64,000 bases of DNA from an uncultured virus (IMG/VR IMGVR_UViG_3300044513_001424) (taxonomy: Duplodnaviria; Heunggongvirae; Uroviricota; Caudoviricetes): the IMG/VR virus record IMGVR_UViG_3300044513_001424. One strand, given 5' to 3'. The notes below the pieces were generated by a model. That model did not search any database and had not been told where the DNA came from. It saw only the letters and a program-made list of their open reading frames with translations. Below, in pieces: positions 9,358-17,737 of the stretch (positions are counted from its first letter, which is position 1; each line of letters opens with the position of its first letter). A program made the position numbers and the translations under genes.

Positions 9358-10105
9358 CATCTGCACAAGTATAGTCTTGATATTTACCTTTCAGGTGTTT
9401 AGGGAAGGGGATGGTTTTTATTTTACCACCCTCTTTTTTTGTAACTAATTCCGCTACGTCTTGGAAAGATATTGGGTTTCCAGTTCCAATATCATAGATT
9501 CCACTAGGAGCGTCATTATTCATGACAACGTTTACTACATCATCAACACATACAAAATCCCTATAAAACTTGTCGGATCCTTCAAATAGTTGGAGTTTAC
9601 CTGTTTGTTTGATTTGTTTAGTGAACTTAGAAACTGGACTTGCTTGATCTCCCTTGTGGTCTTCTCCAGATCCATAAACGTTGAAATATCTGAATCCCTG
9701 AATATGTCTGAACTTATCGATATGATCTAAGACATAGTAGTCAATAATTAACTTAGATATTGCATATTGGTTTAGTGGATTTATGATTTTCAAATCTTTG
9801 GTCTGGTTCCCATATACTGAAGCCGAAGAAGCATATTTAACGGGAATTTGATATTCGATTGCTTTATCAAACAAGTGTGCGGTGAATGTTTGATTGTAGT
9901 GAGATATTTGCATCCAGTTCTTTTCCGTAGTGGATGACATTGCTCCTTGATGAATTATCTGCGTAACCTTTTTCCAGTCAGTGAAAGATCTCATGAACTT
10001 CCAACAGTCATCCATACCGAGGCACATAACTGGTTCTCTCATTTCTTCAATGGCACGAAGAAAGTGAGATCCAATAAAACCACTATGTCCTGTTAAAATT
10101 ATCAT
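9299..10105 (-). CDS. hldD: ADP-L-glycero-D-manno-heptose 6-epimerase
   Basis: TGHSGFIG, HQGAMSSTTE, YASSASVYG, YxxxK (YAISK), FRYFNVYGSGEDHKG, RDFVCVDDV. Confidence 0.85.
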   Translation of the reverse strand: MIILTGHSGFIGSHFLRAIEEMREPVMCLGMDDCWKFMRSFTDWKKVTQIIHQGAMSSTTEKNWMQISHYNQTFTAHLFDKAIEYQIPVKYASSASVYGNQTKDLKIINPLNQYAISKLIIDYYVLDHIDKFRHIQGFRYFNVYGSGEDHKGDQASPVSKFTKQIKQTGKLQLFEGSDKFYRDFVCVDDVVNVVMNNDAPSGIYDIGTGNPISFQDVAELVTKKEGGKIKTIPFPKHLKGKYQDYTCADVSWIDYQFRSVESYLQSQN

Positions 10106-10797
10106 AGAAACCTACCTACTGTCATAAAATACATCTGAACTAACCGCCAAGTATTTTCATCAAACATACCTTCTTTAATATACGCTCCATGTAGAACTTG
10201 ATCTGGATAGAAGATCAATCTATTATACTTCATCTCAGCCAAGTGAATTAATTCCCATGGACCAGAAGTATCTGGAAAAGGTGGACATTCTGGTCTTGGT
10301 ACGCCATCTTGCTGTGGATTTACTTGCATACCTTTATAGGTATAGAAAGCTGTCCCACCTTTACATTCTTTTGGAGTGTTTAGGTTAATTAGTGCAGCAA
10401 AACCACCTTCAGCTTCCATTGTATTATCGATGTGAGGACGGCGGTCTAGATCCTTAGTTACGTTGACAATAAATGGATTGTCCATGCAGGCTCGTCTAAA
10501 TGCTTCAAGTTTTTTAGATTCAAATCCATATACTTCAGTAACAATCTCTTCAAAGACTGGGATGAAATGATCAATATCTACTGCCAACTCAACTCTCGCT
10601 GGACATCCAGCAAGGATCCTTTTATTATGTAAAGTTGGTGGGCAACGCAAAGCAAGATCTCTTACCAACTTTGGGTTCTTATAGAAGTTGTCGATATAAA
10701 CAATGGGAATCTTTTCCCACCCCATAAGTTCCACTCTTGCTTCAAGATTTTCGTTTACAGCGAAGACCTCTCTTTCGTCAATAAAATACTTTTTCAT
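10102..10797 (-). CDS. DUF6445-like / 2OG-Fe(II) oxygenase-fold protein
   Basis: IDNFYKNPKLVRD, PHID, GGTAFY, MKYNRLIFY...HG; paralog of 1237-1884; ATG 10797 preferred. Confidence 0.7.
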   Translation of the reverse strand: MKKYFIDEREVFAVNENLEARVELMGWEKIPIVYIDNFYKNPKLVRDLALRCPPTLHNKRILAGCPARVELAVDIDHFIPVFEEIVTEVYGFESKKLEAFRRACMDNPFIVNVTKDLDRRPHIDNTMEAEGGFAALINLNTPKECKGGTAFYTYKGMQVNPQQDGVPRPECPPFPDTSGPWELIHLAEMKYNRLIFYPDQVLHGAYIKEGMFDENTWRLVQMYFMTVGRFL

Positions 10798-10802
10798 GCG
10801 AT

Positions 10803-10810
10803 CATAAATA
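10803..10810 (+). promoter_or_regulatory. Late promoter for gp13
   Basis: CATAAATA about 30 nt upstream of the gp13 start. Confidence 0.7.
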
Positions 10811-10838
10811 CTTTGGAGAAACCTATAGAGTTTTGGGA

Positions 10839-11657
10839 ATGGCAAAGCCCTCTAGTAGAGACGAGTTGAAGGAATATTGCTTAAGACGACTCGGAAAACC
10901 CGTATTGGAAATTAACGTCGATGATGATCAGATTGAAGATCTTATCGATGATGCCATCCAATTCTACCATGAAAGACATGGTGAAGGAATAGATAGGGTC
11001 TTTTTAAAGCATAAACTCACCGAAGCAGAAAAGACTACCATTGTAGGTATTGCTTCCACAACCACTGGAACAAGTTCTCATGGTGGTGTCTCTATGATGG
11101 AGTATGAGGAAGGTGCTAACTACCTACCTCTCCCAGACAGTGTTATTGGTGTTAACAAGATATTTAAAGTAGATTCGTCTTCGGTTTCTGACGGTCTATT
11201 CAATATTAAATACCAATTGTTCCTCAATGACCTTTATTATTATGGCGCTATAGATCTTTTGAACTATAGTATGGTTAAATCATATCTCGAAACTCTGGAC
11301 TTTATTATTAACCCAGACGCTCAGATTAGATTTAACAAGAAGAACAATCGATTATATTTAGATATCGACTTAAAGAGTCTAACAGACAATAATTACTTGG
11401 TGATCGATTGTTATCGTGTTGTAGATCCAAATAGTTCTACGGCAGTGTATAACGACTCTTGGTTAAAGAGATACGTTACTTCTCTAATCAAAAGACAGTG
11501 GGGACAAAACCTCATCAAGTTCCAAGGAGTTAAACTTCCTGGTGGATTAGAGATGAATGGAAGACAACTGTATGATGATGCTATTAGAGAATTGGAAGAA
11601 CTTGAACAGAAGTTGATGTCCGAGTTCGCAATGCCACCCCTCGATTTTATAGGATAA
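10839..11657 (+). CDS. gp13: Neck protein gp13
   Basis: LKEYCLRRLGKPVLEINV, KRQWGQNLIKF, LPGG; first gene of the 13-14-15-16-17 block. Confidence 0.92.
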   Translation: MAKPSSRDELKEYCLRRLGKPVLEINVDDDQIEDLIDDAIQFYHERHGEGIDRVFLKHKLTEAEKTTIVGIASTTTGTSSHGGVSMMEYEEGANYLPLPDSVIGVNKIFKVDSSSVSDGLFNIKYQLFLNDLYYYGAIDLLNYSMVKSYLETLDFIINPDAQIRFNKKNNRLYLDIDLKSLTDNNYLVIDCYRVVDPNSSTAVYNDSWLKRYVTSLIKRQWGQNLIKFQGVKLPGGLEMNGRQLYDDAIRELEELEQKLMSEFAMPPLDFIG

Positions 11658-13945
11658 TGCCTTTAAATCCATTCTTTCTACACGGGTCACCAAGCGAACA
11701 AAGACTTGTTCAGGACTTGGTAAACGAGCATCTGAAGATGTTCGGTCAGGATGTTTTGTATCTACCTAGAAAGATTGTTAATACAAATACAGTAATCAAA
11801 GAGATTACTGCTTCTAGGTTTGATGATAGTTTTAGATTGGAAGCATACCTTACAAATTACGAAGGTTTCGGATCTCCAAGTGAAATTTTATCTAAGTTTG
11901 GTGTCAGATCTCAGGATGAACTAACGTTAGTTATCTCCAAAGAGAGGTATGATGATTTCATTACTCCTTTCCTAAAGTTATTTCCAGAAGGCGAAATTAA
12001 AGTAACTACTAGACCACAAGAAGGAGACTTAATCTATCTTCCTCTAGATAACGCTCTGTTTGAAATCAAGTTTGTAGAGACTAAGGTTCCTTTCTATCAG
12101 CTGAATGATCTCTACATGTATGAGCTCAAGTGTGAGATCTTTGAATATGAAGATGAGGTTATCAGTCTTCCATCTACTGAACATGGTGTCAATGGAGAAG
12201 ATGTCATTGAACCAATTGGAGTTGGTGGACAACTTCTTAAGTTACAAATGGTTCAGGATAGTACATCGAATGCTCTTGCTTCTGTTTCTTTAGCGTCTAC
12301 AATTATTGGAACGAAGTCGGTACAGTATGTAAAACTGTTCAGCGAAGGTAATTATATTTCCACACCAGAGGTATACATCTCAAAACCAACAAGAGGCAAT
12401 CAGGCAACAGGTATTGCAACTGCTTTCTATAACTCTGTTAAACAAGTTAGTGTAACTTACAAAGGAACAAACCATATTTCAATTCCAAATGTAACTTTCA
12501 CTCCACCTAACAGATCTATTTCTTCCCAGACTAAATTTGGAAACAACTCATTACAACATTCAAGTTACATCACTGTATTAGATGCTAACTTCGATTTCCC
12601 AACAAATCTCGACACAAGAGTAACTGCACAGGGTAGAACAGTCATTAGTTTGTGGTTCTATCCAACTAAGTTAGATCCAGATCCAAATTTCGGTGGTGTT
12701 CTTCTTTGGTCCGATAGAATCAAACTATATCATAGAACATCAGGTACTGTCGTATATGCTTCTGGTACTACTAGTGTTGAGAATACAACTCCACTGACTT
12801 TAAATGCTTGGAACTTTATTAGAGTAGAACAAGTTGATAATGATGCGACTCTTTCTGTTAATGGAGTCACTGGAGCCGATTATCCAAATGCAGACCCAAT
12901 CCTATTCTTTGCTGGAGATAGGCTTTACGTTGGTGCAGATAATGCTGGTGCAGGAAAACTAGACACAATTACTAGAGGATTTGAAGGATACGTAGATCAC
13001 TTAACAATTAATACAACTGGAGATTCGGCATTTAGAGCTTCCAGTTCTGCTCTTGTACCAACAACTGAAGGTGAACAAGAAATTGATCCACAGACAAGTA
13101 GTTCTGCACAACGTGTCAATAATTTCAATAATGAATATCCAGTAGTTGTTGCTAATTTAAATGCATCAAGAGAAGTCGAATCTCTATCTATTGTTTATGG
13201 TGGTAGTGGATATATCAGTGATCCATTAATGACTATTGAAAAACCAAGACTGGGGGATCAGGCAACTGCTGTTGCAATCATGACCAGTAGAGGAGGTTTA
13301 CAGAATCAAGCAGTAGATAGAATTCTACTGATTAATCCTGGTACTGGATATACAACTCCACCAACAGTCACTTTTACTGGAGGTGCCGCAATTACTGGTG
13401 CTATCGCTACTTGTGTTCTTGGCGAAAGAGTACTGGGTCCTGTTGCAATTACTACTGGTGGACTTGGATACAACTTCACCCCAGAGGTAGGTATTACATC
13501 TATCTTTATCCCACAATCTTCAGATACTTCAAGATTGATTGAGAACGCACAAGCAGAAGCAGTCGTCAGTACTTCAGGAACTGTAACTCAAATTAGATAT
13601 AGTAACGCTGGTGTCGGATACACATTCAATCCAGACGTAACTATCGAAAAGGTGGAAACACTATTCTTTGGTGATTACGAAACTAATAGTATTGTCAAGG
13701 GGGTTTCTACAGGAACCAGTGCATACGTACAATCCTGGGATTCTCTCAATCGCATCCTAACTGTTGCTATTCCAAATGGAAACTTTGCTGTCGGTGAAGC
13801 TATTGTTGGTGCAGGAGTTAGTTATAGAATATCTTCCATTGATACTAGCTTCGACAATGTTCCTTTTGCAGATAATGATAACATCCAAGAGGAAGCAGAC
13901 AATATCATAGACTTCAGTGAAAAGAACCCATTTGGGGAATTCTAA
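11657..13945 (+). CDS. gp14: Neck protein gp14 with large internal insertion
   Basis: G.DV.YLPR, SKFG, PQEGDLIY, PFYQL; C-terminal DFSEKNPFGEF. Confidence 0.88.
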   Translation: MPLNPFFLHGSPSEQRLVQDLVNEHLKMFGQDVLYLPRKIVNTNTVIKEITASRFDDSFRLEAYLTNYEGFGSPSEILSKFGVRSQDELTLVISKERYDDFITPFLKLFPEGEIKVTTRPQEGDLIYLPLDNALFEIKFVETKVPFYQLNDLYMYELKCEIFEYEDEVISLPSTEHGVNGEDVIEPIGVGGQLLKLQMVQDSTSNALASVSLASTIIGTKSVQYVKLFSEGNYISTPEVYISKPTRGNQATGIATAFYNSVKQVSVTYKGTNHISIPNVTFTPPNRSISSQTKFGNNSLQHSSYITVLDANFDFPTNLDTRVTAQGRTVISLWFYPTKLDPDPNFGGVLLWSDRIKLYHRTSGTVVYASGTTSVENTTPLTLNAWNFIRVEQVDNDATLSVNGVTGADYPNADPILFFAGDRLYVGADNAGAGKLDTITRGFEGYVDHLTINTTGDSAFRASSSALVPTTEGEQEIDPQTSSSAQRVNNFNNEYPVVVANLNASREVESLSIVYGGSGYISDPLMTIEKPRLGDQATAVAIMTSRGGLQNQAVDRILLINPGTGYTTPPTVTFTGGAAITGAIATCVLGERVLGPVAITTGGLGYNFTPEVGITSIFIPQSSDTSRLIENAQAEAVVSTSGTVTQIRYSNAGVGYTFNPDVTIEKVETLFFGDYETNSIVKGVSTGTSAYVQSWDSLNRILTVAIPNGNFAVGEAIVGAGVSYRISSIDTSFDNVPFADNDNIQEEADNIIDFSEKNPFGEF

Positions 13946-13969
13946 ATAGCTTTATTAATTGGAAATATC

Positions 13970-15043
13970 ATGTTAACCTCACACTTTTACCATGAGATCA
14001 TCCGAAAGACTATTATTTCTTTCGGTACTCTTTTCAATAATCTTGAAATTCAGCACAAGGATAGTGCCGATAATACGGTTAGCGTATTGAAGGTTCCCAT
14101 CTCTTATGGACCTATTCAGAAGTTTCTTGCTAGATTGGAACAGAGTAGAGACTTAAGATCTCCTGGTCGTCCTGCTGGAGCGTTAACCCTCCCAAGGATG
14201 TCATTTGAACTTTTGGGGTGTTCTTATGATGCTAGTAGAAAAGTTTCTACTATGCAAACATTTAAAGCAGTTAATAAGGAGACGGCAAAACTTGTCAAAG
14301 GTTATATGCCTGTACCATATAACTTTAGTATTCAGTTGAATATTTTATGTAAGTTGAATGAAGATTCTTTGCAAATTCTTGAACAGATTTTACCATATTT
14401 TCAACCATCATTCAATCTATCGATCGATTTGGTTGATGTTATTGGTGAGAAGAGAGATATGCCCATTACTCTAGATTCCATTACAATGGATGATAGTTAT
14501 GAAGGCGACTTCACGACTAGAAGAGCTTTGATCTATACTCTAAACTTCACTTGCAAGAGTTATCTGTTTGGTCCAATCAATGCCAGTAGTGATGGACTCA
14601 TCAAGAAAGTACAGGCAGACTTTTACACCAACACAGATAATATCAGAACTCCAACCAGACAAGTTAGATATACTGCAGTTCCTGTTGCTGTTAAAGATTA
14701 CAATCAGGATTCTACCACCAAGACTTCTGAAATTGTCTCTGAACTAGTAACCGCATTTAACGTAACAGATGCTACGCCATTTAATGTAAATGACTTCATT
14801 CAGATTGACTCTGAGGTTATGTCGATTAGAGGTAAGAGTGGCAATAGACTGACAGTTACTAGAGGACAATATCAATCTGAAGTTGTTTCACACGATATTG
14901 AAACTCCAGTTCACGTTATCAACTACGTAGATAGTGAACAGATTGAAGAAGGAGATGATTTTGGATTTGGCGAAACCAGATTTGATTATAGATCTGACGG
15001 TCAATCATATAGTGTCAGTCAAACTGTGGATACGGGTCTATGA
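13970..15043 (+). CDS. gp15: Tail sheath stabiliser/terminator gp15
   Basis: FYHEIIRKTIISFGTLFN, LPRMSFE, QILEQILPYFQP. Confidence 0.9.
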   Translation: MLTSHFYHEIIRKTIISFGTLFNNLEIQHKDSADNTVSVLKVPISYGPIQKFLARLEQSRDLRSPGRPAGALTLPRMSFELLGCSYDASRKVSTMQTFKAVNKETAKLVKGYMPVPYNFSIQLNILCKLNEDSLQILEQILPYFQPSFNLSIDLVDVIGEKRDMPITLDSITMDDSYEGDFTTRRALIYTLNFTCKSYLFGPINASSDGLIKKVQADFYTNTDNIRTPTRQVRYTAVPVAVKDYNQDSTTKTSEIVSELVTAFNVTDATPFNVNDFIQIDSEVMSIRGKSGNRLTVTRGQYQSEVVSHDIETPVHVINYVDSEQIEEGDDFGFGETRFDYRSDGQSYSVSQTVDTGL

Positions 15044-15477
15044 ACAACAACTTTGATTCCATCGACAATGCTTTAGACATTGAGGCAACTCCAGTTGCGG
15101 AAACTGAAATTGTAAAGAAACCATCTGGGAAAATAAAGAAGAGGGAAGATATTCCAGATGTTCAGAGAGACTATGAATATACTAGGGGTCAACTCTACTC
15201 TTTAATCGAAAAGGGACAAGAAGCAATTGATGGAATCTTAGAAGTTTCTCAACAATCAGATTCACCTAGAGCTTATGAAGTTGCAGGTCAGTTGATTAAA
15301 AGTGTCGCTGACACTGCAGACAAACTTATGGACTTGCAAAAGAAACTTAAGGATGTAACTGAAGAAAATCCGAAAGGACCAACGAATGTTACCAATAACG
15401 CTTTGTTTGTTGGATCGACTTCAGAGCTACAGAAACTTCTTAAGCAAGGACTTAACGATAAAAAGAAATCTAAATAA
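15040..15477 (+). CDS. gp16: Terminase small subunit
   Basis: DYEYTRGQLY, SPRAYEVAGQL, FVGSTSELQK. Confidence 0.9.
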   Translation: MNNNFDSIDNALDIEATPVAETEIVKKPSGKIKKREDIPDVQRDYEYTRGQLYSLIEKGQEAIDGILEVSQQSDSPRAYEVAGQLIKSVADTADKLMDLQKKLKDVTEENPKGPTNVTNNALFVGSTSELQKLLKQGLNDKKKSK

Positions 15478-15497
15478 TTAAAATCGGTTCTTCTACA

Positions 15498-15746
15498 ATG
15501 AAATCTTACAGAGAATTTATCAGCGAAGACTATAGAAGAATCAATCAGTATGGGTCTACCTATGCCATTACCTTTATCTTTAGAGGAATGACAAAAACCC
15601 TACAAATGTTTTTTCCACAAAAAGGTAGACCACTGAAGAGAGATGTTCAAGCAGAACTAGAAAAAATTTATCCTGGTGGAAAGGTAATTTACTTTGCACC
15701 AAGTTTTAAGGATCCAACCAAACCATTAGTTGTCATTGAAGACTGA
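15498..15746 (+). CDS. Small hypothetical protein with capsid-targeting-like N-terminus
   Basis: Starts MKSYREFISE; CTAAATA late promoter at 15470. Confidence 0.65.
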   Translation: MKSYREFISEDYRRINQYGSTYAITFIFRGMTKTLQMFFPQKGRPLKRDVQAELEKIYPGGKVIYFAPSFKDPTKPLVVIED

Positions 15747-15748
15747 TT

Positions 15749-17407
15749 ATGCCTGCAGATAGTGATGTATATCTTGGTAATCCGAATCTAAAGAGAACCA
15801 ATGTTAGTATTGAGTGGACTCAAGAAAACATTGAGGAGTATTTAAAGTGTAAAGCAGATCCAGTATATTTTACGGAAAACTATATCAAGATTATTAACCT
15901 GGATGAGGGTCTCGTTCCATTCGAGATGTACCCCTTTCAGGAAAAGTTAGTAAAGAATTTCCATGAAAACAGATTCAACATCTGCAAAATGCCGCGACAG
16001 TCAGGTAAGTCAACGACTGTTGTATCTTATCTTTTACATTACGCTCTTTTTAACGATAGTGTTACCATTGGTATCCTAGCAAACAAAGCCGCTACCGCAA
16101 GAGAACTCTTAGGTAGACTGCAAACTGCATATGAGGCACTACCTCACTGGATGCAACAGGGTGTTGCAGTTTGGAACAGAGGTTCCGTAGAACTAGAAAA
16201 CAAATCGAAGATTATTGCTGCATCGACATCTGCATCTGCTGTCCGAGGCATGTCGTTCAACATCATCTTCTTGGACGAATTTGCGTTCATTCCAAACCAC
16301 ATTGCAGACGACTTCTTCAGCTCTGTATATCCTACTATTTCATCTGGTAAATCTACGAAGGTTATCATCGTTTCTACCCCCAAGGGTATGAATCACTTCT
16401 ACAGGTTGTGGCATGATGCCGAACTTGGTAGAAATGAATATGTAACTACGGACGTTCACTGGTCGGAAGTTCCTGGTCGTGATGAGGCGTGGAAAGAACA
16501 GACAATTAAGAACACATCAGAAGCTCAGTTCCGTGTTGAGTTTGAATGTGAATTCCTTGGATCGGTTGATACTCTAATCGCTCCCTCTAAATTGAAAGCA
16601 ATGGTTTATGATGAACCTGTTGGTAAAGGCGAGAAGGGCGGAGAAATATATGCCACCCCAGAAAAAGACCATAACTATGTAATAACTGTTGACGTTGCAA
16701 GAGGTGTTGAGAAAGATTACTCAGCCTTTATTGTTTTTGATACAACTTCTTTCCCATATAAAGTAGTTGCAAAGTATAGGAATAATATGATTAAACCCAT
16801 GTTGTTCCCAAATGTCATCATGGAGTTTGCAAAAGCATACAACAATGCATTTATTCTTTGTGAGGTAAATGATATTGGTGATCAGGTTGCAAGTATTATC
16901 CAATATGACCTTGAGTATGAAAATCTACTCATGGCATCAATGCGTGGGCGTGCTGGTCAGATTGTGGGTCAAGGATTCTCAGGAAACAAAGTTCAACTGG
17001 GAGTTAAGATGTCCAAGACTGTTAAAAAAGTTGGTGCTCTTAATCTCAAAGCAATTATTGAGAGTGATAAACTACTCATAAGTGATTATGATATTATTGC
17101 AGAACTTACAACCTTTGTAGAAAAAGCAAATTCATTTGAGGCAGAAGAAGGATGTAACGATGACTTGGCAATGTGTCTGGTTATTTTTGCTTGGTTGATT
17201 GTTCAAGACTACTTTAAAGAGATGACGGATGACGACATCAGAAAGAGAGTCTATGATGACCAAAGAGATCAAATAGAACAAGATATGGCGCCATTTGGAT
17301 TCTTAAGTGATGGTATTACTGAGGAGAGTAGTTTTGTAGATTCTGTTGGTGATCGATGGAATGTAGATGAATATGGTGATAGATCCTTTATGTGGGAATA
17401 CCTATAA
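15749..17407 (+). CDS. gp17: Terminase large subunit
   Basis: PRQSGKST Walker A, FLDEFAF Walker B, STPKG, DVARG nuclease motif, DDL. Confidence 0.97.
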   Translation: MPADSDVYLGNPNLKRTNVSIEWTQENIEEYLKCKADPVYFTENYIKIINLDEGLVPFEMYPFQEKLVKNFHENRFNICKMPRQSGKSTTVVSYLLHYALFNDSVTIGILANKAATARELLGRLQTAYEALPHWMQQGVAVWNRGSVELENKSKIIAASTSASAVRGMSFNIIFLDEFAFIPNHIADDFFSSVYPTISSGKSTKVIIVSTPKGMNHFYRLWHDAELGRNEYVTTDVHWSEVPGRDEAWKEQTIKNTSEAQFRVEFECEFLGSVDTLIAPSKLKAMVYDEPVGKGEKGGEIYATPEKDHNYVITVDVARGVEKDYSAFIVFDTTSFPYKVVAKYRNNMIKPMLFPNVIMEFAKAYNNAFILCEVNDIGDQVASIIQYDLEYENLLMASMRGRAGQIVGQGFSGNKVQLGVKMSKTVKKVGALNLKAIIESDKLLISDYDIIAELTTFVEKANSFEAEEGCNDDLAMCLVIFAWLIVQDYFKEMTDDDIRKRVYDDQRDQIEQDMAPFGFLSDGITEESSFVDSVGDRWNVDEYGDRSFMWEYL

Positions 17408-17652
17408 TGGACTTAGATGATGAGTTTAATTTAGGACATCTCGTTCTACATGAAAGAAAATGTGGATCTTGTGGCAAAGTAAAAGATCTACTTACAGACT
17501 ACTATAGAACAAGAAGAGACCGAACAACCTTGTCTGCCTATTCATATGAGTGTAAGGAATGCACAAAAAAACGAGTTTCCAATGCAAGAAAAAAGGTAGT
17601 AGATAAAATGACTACCAATATTTTTGGTAGATGGGAATATCCTGACTGGTAG
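17407..17652 (+). CDS. Small zinc-finger protein
   Basis: CGSC...CKEC; ATG overlaps the gp17 stop (TAATG). Confidence 0.65.
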   Translation: MDLDDEFNLGHLVLHERKCGSCGKVKDLLTDYYRTRRDRTTLSAYSYECKECTKKRVSNARKKVVDKMTTNIFGRWEYPDW

Positions 17653-17737
17653 TACGTTCGTGCATTGTTTCCCCACTTGAGCAAGAGGAATTTCTAAATA
17701 ATCACAGGGAAAATGAACTTCTTCAAGAGGAACAAAC

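Noticed and set aside
3071..10105. Bacterial secondary-metabolite or LPS cluster from a host contig (chimera)
   Set aside because: Flanked by phage fibre and neck genes with T4-type late promoters and similar composition; no integrase or junction evidence
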